A DNA stretch of 64,000 bases from positions 11,577 to 75,576 of the forward strand of contig JACOWS010000001.1 of assembly GCA_016176685.1 (NCBI GenBank). The letters run 5' to 3'. Below, in pieces: positions 33,012 to 43,300 of this stretch. Origin of the DNA: Patescibacteria group bacterium. Lineage in GTDB: Bacteria > Patescibacteriota > Minisyncoccia > Phycocordibacterales > SBAW01. The notes beneath the pieces are model-generated. The model had not been told where the DNA came from. It saw only the letters and a list, made by a program, of their open reading frames with translations, and did not search any database. Made by a program: the position numbers and the translations under genes. Every line of letters begins with the position of its first letter. Position 1 is the stretch's first letter.

Positions 33012-33861
33012 TAGCGAGGGTTTGCTTTTGTATTTCTTTACTCGTTAACGACTTAACAATAGCGATTTTTTGGGCGACGTGTTCAACATATACCGGCTCG
33101 TTGCGTTTGCCGCGGTATGGTACCGGCGCGGCGAAAGGCGCATCGGTTTCTACCAACATCCGCTCGAGCGGACATACGCGGATAGACTCGTCGTACACGT
33201 CGGTGTAGGTAATAGGCCCGGGGAATGAAAGGTAACAACCCAAGTTTACATACTTCTGTGCCAACTCGCCCGAACCGGTAAAAAAATGAATAATCACCGA
33301 CACCTTCTTATTCTCTAATTCTGCAGAATATGAGAATAGTATTTCGAGCATATCGTCGTGAGCACTTTTTGTATTCGCGGTTCTCTGCTGAGAATCGCGG
33401 CAATGTATAATGAGCGGTTTTTTTATTTTTAAAGCGAGTGCAATTTGTTTTTCAAACCGCTCTTTTTGCCTCGCCCGTTCGGCCGCGGCCGAGGGCACCG
33501 TCCTCTCTTCCAATGTGCCGCCAGAGCGGAAGTAGTCCAGCCCGCACTCCCCAATAGCGACCACCCTTGGGTGGCGCGCGAGATCCTCATACTTTGATAT
33601 ATCAAAGTGTAGGGGGGTCGCCCGCCCCAAGTCCTTTGAAGGGTCATTGGGGTGTAGACCGACAGACGCCCACAAAAAATCGTGCTTTTCTGCAAGGGCT
33701 ATCCCCGCCCTACTTGTTTCCAGGTCGGTTCCCACCACCACGGCACCCATGTTCCTCTCTTGCATACGCGCCAGTACTTCGGCGAGATCTTTCTCGTACT
33801 GCGGCAGCTGCAGGTGGCAATGTGCGTCAAACAATTCCATATAACATACCAACATTCTCAA
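32986..33861 (-). CDS. tatD: TatD-family metal-dependent DNase/hydrolase (start likely MELFDAHCHL at ~33840)
   Basis: FDAHCHL ... GLHP ... GECGLD motifs. Confidence 0.85.
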   Translation of the reverse strand: MRMLVCYMELFDAHCHLQLPQYEKDLAEVLARMQERNMGAVVVGTDLETSRAGIALAEKHDFLWASVGLHPNDPSKDLGRATPLHFDISKYEDLARHPRVVAIGECGLDYFRSGGTLEERTVPSAAAERARQKERFEKQIALALKIKKPLIIHCRDSQQRTANTKSAHDDMLEILFSYSAELENKKVSVIIHFFTGSGELAQKYVNLGCYLSFPGPITYTDVYDESIRVCPLERMLVETDAPFAAPVPYRGKRNEPVYVEHVAQKIAIVKSLTSKEIQKQTLANAQKVFKV

Positions 33862-33874
33862 GTATGTGAGGATG

Positions 33875-35311
33875 TTATTCTTTGCGTGGGAAGAGGGTTG
33901 TGGGTTTTTTGTCAGTGATGACAGCTTCTTTTATTTTTTTGCTTGTTTCCGGCATAAATGGCTCGAGCATTTGGCCAATGCCTAACAACTCTCGGGTAAG
34001 GTCAAAAATAAGTTTTTTGCCCGCCTCGGGGTCGGATTTTACCAGTTTAAATGGCTCGGTGGCGGTTATTTTTTGGTCAAGCAATTGCACATGGCGAAAC
34101 GCTTCGTCGATGGCATGGTTTATTTCAAAGCGTTCAAACGCGTCTGTATAGTTTTTAGAGAAGTCGGCTGACTCGGGTTTGGTGCCACCTTCTAAATGGT
34201 CTTCAGCGAGCTTCATAATGCGGGCAACCAAGTTGCCCAACCCGTTGGCCAGGTTGGCATTGTATATTTCCTTAAAATGCTCGCGTGTTATATCTCCATC
34301 TTCAAACGGATTAATGTGACGAGTGAGATAATAACGCAGCGCATCAACGCCATATTCTGCAAGCAGTTCTTCCGGGTCTATAACATTGCCTAGTGTCTTA
34401 GACATTTTTTTACCGCCGGATGTTACAAAGCCGTGTACCAGCAGCATTGCGGGGAGCGGAAGTTTCGCCGAGAGAAGCATCGCCGGCCAAATGGCGGCAT
34501 GGAAGCGCAAAATATCTTTACCAAGCACATGTATGCCTGGCCAGAACTTCTGGTACAGCGCGTCGTCGCGCCCATAACCCAGGGCGGTAACGTAGTTTGA
34601 AAGTGCGTCGCACCACACATACATAACTTGTGAGTCGTCCCCGGGTACTGGGATGCCCAAACCAGGCGGCCAGTCGGTCTTGCGTGGCCTGGAGAAGCTC
34701 ACATCTTCAAGCCCGGAAGAAATGAAGGAGAGTATTTCATTACGACGTGTCTCCGGGATTATCTTGAGTGCGCCCGATGCTATTTTTTCTTTTAGAGTAT
34801 CTGCATACCTTGAAAGTTTAAAAAAATAATTTTCTTCTTTTATCTTTTCAGGCGCTGTGGCATGGTCGGGGCATTTACCATCTACCAAGTCTTTTTCGGT
34901 TACAAAGGCCTCATGTCCAACACAATAGAGCCCTTCATATTCTTTTTTATATATATCTCCAGCATCTACCAGCTTTTTCCACAGTAACTGAGCCCCGGGC
35001 CAGTGTGCCTGCTGGTCGGTTGTGCGAATAAACTGGTCGTAGGAAATACCGAGTTCTGCATAAAGACCCTTAAAAGTTGAGACAATATCATCAAGAAATG
35101 CAATCGGGTCTTCACCGACCTTGCGCGCGGCATCTACCATTTTCTGCGTATTCTCGTCAGACCCAGTGAGAAAATATGTCTCCTGCCCCATTAACCGTCT
35201 GTAGCGGACCAGAGTGTCGCTTATGGTAGTGGTATATGCATGACCAAGATGCAGCTTGGCATTGGGGTAGAAGATCGGGGTCGTGAGGTAAAACGGTTTT
35301 TTTTCCGACAT
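33875..35311 (-). CDS. metG: Methionyl-tRNA synthetase (short form, no C-terminal tRNA-binding domain)
   Basis: PIFYPNAKLHLGHAYTT (HIGH-type) and KMSKTLGNVIDP (KMSKS). Confidence 0.95.
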   Translation of the reverse strand: MSEKKPFYLTTPIFYPNAKLHLGHAYTTTISDTLVRYRRLMGQETYFLTGSDENTQKMVDAARKVGEDPIAFLDDIVSTFKGLYAELGISYDQFIRTTDQQAHWPGAQLLWKKLVDAGDIYKKEYEGLYCVGHEAFVTEKDLVDGKCPDHATAPEKIKEENYFFKLSRYADTLKEKIASGALKIIPETRRNEILSFISSGLEDVSFSRPRKTDWPPGLGIPVPGDDSQVMYVWCDALSNYVTALGYGRDDALYQKFWPGIHVLGKDILRFHAAIWPAMLLSAKLPLPAMLLVHGFVTSGGKKMSKTLGNVIDPEELLAEYGVDALRYYLTRHINPFEDGDITREHFKEIYNANLANGLGNLVARIMKLAEDHLEGGTKPESADFSKNYTDAFERFEINHAIDEAFRHVQLLDQKITATEPFKLVKSDPEAGKKLIFDLTRELLGIGQMLEPFMPETSKKIKEAVITDKKPTTLFPRKE

Positions 35312-35319
35312 GGTAGACC

Positions 35320-36432
35320 TTATGCTTCCTCTTTTTCTTGTGCAAGCCCACCGGCATGGCGGGCGAGCTGTTGGGCCAGAGCCCGCGACTTTTTCTTGTC
35401 AATATCATTTACAAACTCTTGTATGGCGCCGGCAATGGGCACCGAGAGAAGGACGCCCAGAAAGCCGACGAGTTTAAATCCAACCAAAAGCGCCAATATA
35501 ACTAACAGGGGCGGCACGCCAACCACCTTTTTTACCACCACGGGGTAAATGAGGTGCGCCTCGAACTGCTGTACCACAACATAAAGCCCGGCGACCAACA
35601 GCGCCATGGTGGGCCCGCCGGCCGCGAACCCAAGCGCCACCGCAGGTATTGCGGCAAGTATCTGCCCAAACACCGGGATAAGCTCAAACAGGGCCGCCAA
35701 CACCGCAAGCAACAGCGCGTGCGGCACATCCAGTATAGTAAGCCCCAGGTATAGCAACACCCCCACTATAGCCGCAAGGATTATCTGCCCCTGCATCCAC
35801 TTGCCTATTTTTTGTTGCGAACGCTTCCATAGCTCCAATACATACGCCTGCTCTTTTACCGGCGTTACCACGCGCAGAAAGTCATCAACTCCTGTTTCTT
35901 GCACGGAAAAGTAGAAAGAAAAAACGACCACCAGTACGAACGAAGTTACCCCGCCAAAGAACGCGGATAGGGTGGTAAAAACACCGCCGGTCGTGTCGGC
36001 CAGCGTTTTGGAAACGCTGCGCAAAAGTTCCGCCGAGGAAAGAGTGTCCCCCGCATTACTCCACGGCAAGAGTCCGTGTGTTGCGTCGGAAATGGAAATA
36101 TTTAGCGCGGCGACGGTGTTTGGCAGGCTGGCAAGGAAGGTGGCGGCGTCTTCCAGAATAGGCGGGATGAAGAAAAACAGTACGCCAAAAAATATACCGG
36201 CAACCAGGGCGTACATAAAAACCACCGACAACAGTCGTGCAAAACCGTGACGAGTGAAAAAAAGGATTGCTGGCTCCATTGCCGAGGCAATGACCACCGC
36301 CGCAAGCACCACCAAGACCAGGTCCCGCAGGTAAAAGAGGAGTCCCAACAGGAGCACGAGAAGTATGGCTGCAATAATGCTCCCCGGCGATATGGAGATA
36401 TTAAAATGCCGGTCGTTCATACGGCCTATCAT
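35320..36432 (-). CDS. AI-2E family transporter (UPF0118/PerM-like)
   Basis: 8-TM protein with the characteristic YVVVQQFEAHLIYPVVVKKVVGVPPLLVILALL C-terminal region. Confidence 0.8.
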   Translation of the reverse strand: MIGRMNDRHFNISISPGSIIAAILLVLLLGLLFYLRDLVLVVLAAVVIASAMEPAILFFTRHGFARLLSVVFMYALVAGIFFGVLFFFIPPILEDAATFLASLPNTVAALNISISDATHGLLPWSNAGDTLSSAELLRSVSKTLADTTGGVFTTLSAFFGGVTSFVLVVVFSFYFSVQETGVDDFLRVVTPVKEQAYVLELWKRSQQKIGKWMQGQIILAAIVGVLLYLGLTILDVPHALLLAVLAALFELIPVFGQILAAIPAVALGFAAGGPTMALLVAGLYVVVQQFEAHLIYPVVVKKVVGVPPLLVILALLVGFKLVGFLGVLLSVPIAGAIQEFVNDIDKKKSRALAQQLARHAGGLAQEKEEA

Positions 36433-36452
36433 AGCATACGGGGTGGCGCCTC

Positions 36453-37757
36453 TTACGCGGCGAGCAGGGCGGAGAGTTTTGCGCCAAGCTCAATGCCTGG
36501 CACGCGCTCCTGCTCTCCGGTATCGCGGTCGCGCACAGTGACCGTGTCATCTTCAAGCGTTTCAAAGTCTACCGTGATGCACCACGGCGTGCCTATCTCG
36601 TCTTGCCGGCGATAGCGCTTACCGATATTGCCGTTGTCGTCCCACATCACCTGCGGTATTTCTTTTTTGAGCGCCTGATAGACTTCGCGTGCTTTTGCCA
36701 CAAGCTCCGGCTTGTTTTTGAGGAGAGGAAACACGGCGGCTTTAACGGGAGCTATGGCAGATTTCAACTTAAGGTACGTACGCTTTTCTCCCCCAAGCTC
36801 GTCTTCCGTATACGCGCTTGCGAGCACTGCAAGCACCGTGCGGCCAAGACCGAAAGTGGGCTCAATAACATGCGGAACAAATTTAGACCCGTCTTCTTCT
36901 GCATATTGCATATCTACTCCTGATTTTTCCATATGTTTAGAAAGGTCGTAGTTGGTGCGGTAGGCCAACCCATAGAGCTCTTTGCGACCGAATGGAAAAT
37001 CAAATTCGAAATCGATGGTGCGCTTGGAGTAGTGTGCGCGCTCATCCTCTGGAACATTTAGCTCATGCACCGAGTCTTTTTTGATGCCTACAGATTCTAT
37101 CCACCCCCACATTTCATTACGCCAATACTCAAACCATTTCTCCCACTCTGCCTCATTCACAAAATATTCAAACTCCATAAGGTCAAACTCTCGTACGCGG
37201 AAAAGGAAATCTCGCGGAGCGATTTCGTTTCGAAATGCCTTGCCACTTTGCGCGATGCCAAATGGTAGTTTGGGGTGAAAAGAGTCGATAATATTTTTAA
37301 AATTGACGAACATCCCTTGCGCTATTTCTCCACGAAGGTATCCACGCGAGGCACCGACGGTGCTCCCCAAGTCAACAGGAAAAAGCAGGTTAAACATTTT
37401 TGGCTTGCCAAGTTTGCCTTTGCACTCTGGGCAGTGCTCGCCTTCTACCTGGTCGGAGCGAAAGCGGTGTTTACACTTTGCACACTCAACCATCGGGTCG
37501 GTAAACCCCTCAAGATGCCCGCTTGCCGCCCATACCACCTCTGGCATAACAATACTGGAGTCGAGCCCATACATGTCATCACGAGAGCTGACAAATTGCC
37601 GCCACCACAGGTTTTCAATATTTTTTTTAAGCGCAACGCCAAGCGGTCCGTAGTCCCACGTGCCGGCAAGCCCGCCGTAAATTTCCGAACCCTGGTATAC
37701 AAACCCCCTGCGCTTGCACAGCGAAACAATTTTTTCCATTAAGTCAGTTTCTGTCAT
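36453..37757 (-). CDS. glyS: Glycyl-tRNA synthetase, dimeric eukaryote/archaeal type
   Basis: GFVYQGSEIYGGLAGTWDYGPLG N-terminus and class II motifs. Single-chain ~430-aa form rather than glyQ/glyS. Confidence 0.9.
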   Translation of the reverse strand: MTETDLMEKIVSLCKRRGFVYQGSEIYGGLAGTWDYGPLGVALKKNIENLWWRQFVSSRDDMYGLDSSIVMPEVVWAASGHLEGFTDPMVECAKCKHRFRSDQVEGEHCPECKGKLGKPKMFNLLFPVDLGSTVGASRGYLRGEIAQGMFVNFKNIIDSFHPKLPFGIAQSGKAFRNEIAPRDFLFRVREFDLMEFEYFVNEAEWEKWFEYWRNEMWGWIESVGIKKDSVHELNVPEDERAHYSKRTIDFEFDFPFGRKELYGLAYRTNYDLSKHMEKSGVDMQYAEEDGSKFVPHVIEPTFGLGRTVLAVLASAYTEDELGGEKRTYLKLKSAIAPVKAAVFPLLKNKPELVAKAREVYQALKKEIPQVMWDDNGNIGKRYRRQDEIGTPWCITVDFETLEDDTVTVRDRDTGEQERVPGIELGAKLSALLAA

Positions 37758-37771
37758 AAAGTCCTGTTTTA

Positions 37772-39715
37772 CTATTTCGGGGCGACGATGTCCATGCCGC
37801 TAACAAAACCACTCTCCCCCGCTACGCTGGTGGTGGGGGCTGGGGCGCTCGCCTGCACAGCCACCTGGGCAAACCGGTCTTGGCCAGAAAGGAGTGTACC
37901 TCCGGTGAGCAAAGGTGCGGTACCTACCTGGCTGGTGCTGGGTGTAAATCGTACTTGGAAGGCCGCCTGGTTTTGCGCGAGCGTGTACCCAGTCCCCGCC
38001 TTTATATCGCCAATAGTCCAGCGCACGGTGCGGCTAGCACTGTCGTAGGTAAGGTTGTTGCCCGGCTGTGCCGCCACAAACTCAATGTACGGCGGCAGTA
38101 CGGTTGAAACGCTCGCATTGGCAACGGTGTTGGTTGGGTTTTTAACCGTCCACATAATAGTGTAAGTGGTTGGCGACTCCGCGCGCGGCGGCATAGGGCC
38201 GCTGTTTACAAACGGACCGGTAAAATGCCGCGCCTCTGCCAAAAGCGATAAGACCGAGGCCAGCCGTACCTCGGCCGACGCAACAGAGGACACTGTCTCC
38301 GACGCTCCACCATCCCCTACCCTGGTGCCCTTCACGGTTAAATTAAGCTCGATGGTCGGGTTAGTTATCAGCACATTATTTGCACCAGGAAGGAGCGAGC
38401 TGAAGGAAAATTGCAGCGCTCCGCCCCCACCAGGCGGCACTTGCGCCAACGTCGGCTCCTGGTCCTTTGTCCAAATGATAGAAGAGTTTGCCGACTGGTA
38501 AAATCCGTTTACCGCACTTATAGAATTTCCGTCGAGCGCCGGCCCAGCAAACGACAATGCTAGTTCTAGGTTGGCGACCGAGTCAGGTAGATTATTTTTC
38601 CAGGTCACCACTCCTTTGATCCCCGCACCCGGCACAACCGCGATTGCCTTGCCACTCTGTCCGGCAACTGAAATGGTGCCGGAAATGAATGGTAGACGCA
38701 CGGTGAGTGTCTGCGGCACCTCAAGAAATGGCACCGTAACGTGCGGGTCGGTGGCATCGGTATTGGACCCGACCAGAAAGCGAAATATGCGCTCGTCGCC
38801 GTCTTGCCCGTCTATCGTTCCCACAATATGGATAGTTTTTGTGGAGCCGGGAGCCATGGTGCCAAGCATCCACAAGGTGCTGCCGCCAGCCGCCGCTTTC
38901 GGACTCGTACTTACTGGAGAAAAACCAAACGGGTACCGTGCCTCAACCGCAACCGTTGCAATGGAGGTAGGTGCATTTGCGCGCACCTCGATGTCGATAG
39001 GAAATTGTTCGCCTGCGACTGCCTCCGCTGGGACACGTACTGTGAGAGACACCGGGGAGGAACCTATAACAAAACTCTGCTCAATCTTTTTTTGGAACAC
39101 CGCATTTGACCCGGCAACGCTGTACTCAAGGGTTACTAGCACTTTTTCTTGGGCACCTTCATTGCCATAGAAGAGCCCGGAGACAGTGCGTTTTATCTGC
39201 TCTCCGGACGCAATGGTGCCAATGGAGATTCTCTCGTGCGCTAAGGGCTCCGTAGGGTCGACGGGACTGCGCGTATCTCCAGGATAGTCGACAACCAGAT
39301 CCACCAACTGGAGAGCTGTCTGGTTTCGGTTTTGCACCAGTATCTGGAATGACGCTTCTTTTCCGCCGTCTACAAGAGACGGCGCGACAATTTCTATGTC
39401 GATATTTTGAGGGGAGATCAGATTTCCTCCGCCAAAAAACATAAAAGCCGCCACGGCGCTTGCCCCAACAAAAAAGAGCATGGAGGATATAAGAAATGTT
39501 CGCGCTACCGATCGTGTTTTTTTTGCCATAGGTATAGGTGTTTCAATAGAGATATCTTCTGACTCGCCCCTGGCGTGGACGTCGCTCCAGGCGGTCGGGA
39601 CTGACGACTCTTTTTTGGAAAGCGCGGTTCTCTCCTCCCCAACGTCTGTCTTTGCCGTGCGGTCATAGAGGCGCCCTTTGAGCCGCTCTACGGCATCTTT
39701 TTCGTCCCTTTCCAT
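37772..39715 (-). CDS. Hypothetical large membrane-anchored extracytoplasmic protein
   Basis: Charged N-terminal cytoplasmic ~70 aa, one TM (FLISSMLFFVGASAVAAFMFF), then ~560 aa of beta-rich Thr/Ser/Gly/Val sequence. Confidence 0.6.
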   Translation of the reverse strand: MERDEKDAVERLKGRLYDRTAKTDVGEERTALSKKESSVPTAWSDVHARGESEDISIETPIPMAKKTRSVARTFLISSMLFFVGASAVAAFMFFGGGNLISPQNIDIEIVAPSLVDGGKEASFQILVQNRNQTALQLVDLVVDYPGDTRSPVDPTEPLAHERISIGTIASGEQIKRTVSGLFYGNEGAQEKVLVTLEYSVAGSNAVFQKKIEQSFVIGSSPVSLTVRVPAEAVAGEQFPIDIEVRANAPTSIATVAVEARYPFGFSPVSTSPKAAAGGSTLWMLGTMAPGSTKTIHIVGTIDGQDGDERIFRFLVGSNTDATDPHVTVPFLEVPQTLTVRLPFISGTISVAGQSGKAIAVVPGAGIKGVVTWKNNLPDSVANLELALSFAGPALDGNSISAVNGFYQSANSSIIWTKDQEPTLAQVPPGGGGALQFSFSSLLPGANNVLITNPTIELNLTVKGTRVGDGGASETVSSVASAEVRLASVLSLLAEARHFTGPFVNSGPMPPRAESPTTYTIMWTVKNPTNTVANASVSTVLPPYIEFVAAQPGNNLTYDSASRTVRWTIGDIKAGTGYTLAQNQAAFQVRFTPSTSQVGTAPLLTGGTLLSGQDRFAQVAVQASAPAPTTSVAGESGFVSGMDIVAPK

Positions 39716-39738
39716 TGTGCTCTAGTATAGCAGACGGC

Positions 39739-40320
39739 CTAGAGCCCTGTGGCGCCGAGCGACTCGTTTATGCTGCGCACCAAGGTGGCACGGGCTTTGA
39801 GCGCGCGCGCGGCAAGTTCCCTGCCAAACTCGTCGCTTACCACAAACGGAGACAGTTCCGGAGTATTCGGCAAGTATCCCAAATGCGACAGTATCCTTAA
39901 CACCAGCACGCACTCAAGCGCGTCTTCTTGCGATTGCGTTTGTGCTTGTACCAGCGCGGCAAGTCCGCGGAGCACGGTTTGGTAGAGCGCGGGCATGGGT
40001 TCTTCTCCGTTTATGAGCCGTAGCAAAAGTCGTGTTGCTCGCGCGGCGATGTGGCGGCGGGCGACGACCGGCGCAAGGTACGCACTGGACATCTGCTCCG
40101 CCCCCACCAGTTTCCACTCGTATTTGCCGCGTATGAGCGAAAATGTTCCACGAGATAGCGGCTCGAGCCCGTAGCGCAACTTCGACTTTTCGGCGCGCGC
40201 ACTGCGCGCAAGCGCACGCACTAATCCAAGCTCCTCTGTTAGGATAACCGCCAGCACGTTGGCCTCGCCCACCCCGCGTTTTTGTAGCACTATTCCGTCA
40301 GTGACAAAAAGAGTGTGCAT
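39739..40320 (-). CDS. recO: DNA repair protein RecO (compact form)
   Basis: N-terminal OB fold TDGIVLQKRGVGEANVLAVILTEELGLVRALARSA, then a helical domain. Confidence 0.7.
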   Translation of the reverse strand: MHTLFVTDGIVLQKRGVGEANVLAVILTEELGLVRALARSARAEKSKLRYGLEPLSRGTFSLIRGKYEWKLVGAEQMSSAYLAPVVARRHIAARATRLLLRLINGEEPMPALYQTVLRGLAALVQAQTQSQEDALECVLVLRILSHLGYLPNTPELSPFVVSDEFGRELAARALKARATLVRSINESLGATGL

Positions 40321-40326
40321 ACAAAA

Positions 40327-43300
40327 CTATGCGCTTTCACGCACGACAATAGTAAGCTCTGCAAGACCCGTCTCGTTCATGAGTGTCGCCTTGTGTACTT
40401 GGGCTACCGACTCTTCCTCAGTACTTACCATCAGCGTGTAAGCAGGCCGGTCGCCGATAGAAAGCTTTTTCTCTTTGCGCCATGATTGGATGCGCCGCGC
40501 CAGGTCGCGGAGCATTCCCTCTTCCTTAAGCGCCTGGCTAATGTTTGTGTCGAGGATAAACGAAGTTTCGCTAGGGCCTTTTCTCTGCTCGAACACTATT
40601 TCTTTCACATTGATTTCGTCGGCAAGAATATCCAAAAACTCTTGAGGGAGGGGCGGGCCATCATGCATAATGGAAAGTTTCGCGAGCGGTTGCCGTATTT
40701 TTATACCCGCATCTTCTCGCTGTTTAAGAGCAACCGTTGAAAAGCTGCGTATCAACGACATATCGGCTAGCACTTCCTGGTCGATAGGGAGCGCTTCCGG
40801 CCAGTTTGCAAGATGCACGCTTTCGCACTCGCCATCGACTCCGCGATATATACTTTCCGCAATAAATGGCATGAGGGGTGCCGTAAGTCGCGCAAAGGTG
40901 TCGAGAACCTCTTTTTGCACCGCGAGCGTGTACTGCGCATCTCTGTCATCTGGTGCCTGCCTTGCGCGCTCGCGCGAGCGTCGTACATACCACGTGGAGT
41001 AGTCGTCTATGCAAGCGCGCAGAGCGCGGCAGGCGTCCGGCATATTATACGCATCAAACGCGGCAGTAACTCTTTGCACCGTCTCTCCCACACGGGAACG
41101 TATCCAGCGGTCAAGTACGTGCACACTCTCCCCCGCCCTTGCGGTGCCGTCGTACTGCTCTTTATACAATTCAAAAAACTGGTACGAATTCCACAGCATG
41201 CCGACCACGCGATTGTGTACCTCGCGCACATCTTCGTCGCGGAACTGCAGGTCTTCCGAGCGCATAACCACGCTTCCCATAAGATAAAACCTATAGGCAT
41301 CGGCGCCAAACTGCCCCAGTAGCACGAGCGGGTCTGTGTAATTTCCCTTCGACTTAGAAAGTTTGGCCCCGTCTGCGGCTAACAGGTTGCCGGTTGAGAC
41401 AACCGCGTTAAATGACCGCTTGCCAAACAGCGCGACACTTGCCGCCAGCATGTAGTAAAACCAGGTGCGCGTTTGGCCGATGTACTCGGCTATAAAGTCC
41501 GCCGGGTATCCTTTGGGGAAAAGTCCAAACCAGCGCTCCGGGTCTACGGTTGAACGGTCTCTTGGGTATCCAACCGAAGAGGTGGGCATGGTCCCCGACT
41601 CTACCCAGCAGTCCACCACCTCTGGAATGCGTTCATACTGCCGCCCATTCCTATCCTCCAGCACCATCTCGTCTAGGTAGGGACGGTGCAGGTCAACTTC
41701 AAAGTCTTTGTCGTGCGGATACGGTATAAAAGAAAATGGATGCCACTGCCCAACCCGAAGCGGCGTGTCGTGGGTACGCTGTGTTACTTCTACAAGAGGA
41801 GTATGGGCGGCCATCTCGATCATCAGCCAGGCAGGGGTGCCATGCGTCACTATAAGTATGCGCTTGTTAGTGTAGCGGCGCTCTATTTCAAAAAGAAATT
41901 CTCCAACACGACGGCGCACGTGCAGATAATTTTCTCCATGCAACACCGTAGTGTTAAATTTGTCGGAAAGCGTGGCAAACAGCGCCTCCCACTCGGGTAT
42001 CGCCGCTCCGTCTTTTTCTCCAAACTGCACTTCGGTCAAACGCTCGTCTGTCATAACAGCCGACTCTGGCAATCCCAACTCCTTTCGCACTATATGCGCG
42101 GTTTCTTGCGCACGTGTCAGCGGGGAGGCAACTATCAGGTCGATTTTCTCTCGCAAAAGTGCGCGTGCCGCAGAGTGGACTCCCGCTCTGCCTTCCGCCG
42201 TTAGATGATTTTCTACGTCGTTGGAAGAGTTTACAAAGCCATCCGCATTGCTACGCGCCCCACCATGGCGCATAACAACATAGTGATTACCGGACTTCTT
42301 TGCTTTTGAGAGCAGTTCTTCAACCGAGCCTATGACCATCAGTTTGCTGCCCCCCCTCTCCTTCCAAATAGGCAAAGGTGAGGCCCAAAAACGGTTACGG
42401 GATATGGTCCAGTCAGGCGCTCCTTCAATAATATTTTTAAAACGCCCGTGTTTGAGATGCTCGGGCACCCAGTTGATTTTTTTGTTTTCCCTGAGCATCC
42501 GCCTCTTTATCTTTTGTATGTTGATAAACCACGAGGCGACCGCGTTGTAGATGAGCGCCGTCCCGCAACGCCAGCAGTGCGGGTAAGAGTGGGTGTGATG
42601 CTCTCTTTTAAACAGGAGGAGGCGGCGTTCTAAATCTTCTTTAATTGCCTTTTCCGATTTCTTTATATACTCGCCGCGCACCAATGCCGGTGCCGTGTCG
42701 TTGTAGGTGCCGTTCGGGTTGAGCAACTGCACCATGGGGAGCCCCTCCTTCTGCCCAAGAGCATAGTCGTCTTCGCCGTACATCACTGCGGTGTGCACAA
42801 TGCCGGTGCCCTCCTCGGTGTTTACAAAATCCGCCGCATACACTTTATATGACTTGTTTGAGTGTAGCGCCGGCACGTCAAACAGCGGCTCATACTCTGC
42901 CCCTACAAGTTGGCGACCAAGAAGCGAAGTTGCAGCTTCTTGAGCAAAAGTCTGGGGGCTACCCGAGGACTTTTGTGAGAGAAGCTGCAGTGTAGCGGCT
43001 CTATCTTTTGCCACCACTAAATACTCACCGTTTTGCTCGACGAGCACGTAGGGGATATCGGCACCCACCGCGAGCGCCACGTTGCCGGGCAGGGTCCACG
43101 GGGTGGTGGTCCAAGCAAGTAGATAGGTATGGTCGGGGAGATTATATTTTTTTGGATTCTTTACCTTTAGCTTTACCGTTACCGCCTCTTCGGTAACATC
43201 TTTGTAGGTATTGTCTGCGGCAATCTCGGCCTTGGCGAGCGGCGTTTCGCAATGCGGACAGTATAGTAATACCTTTCGTCCTTCATACAGAAGTTTTTTG

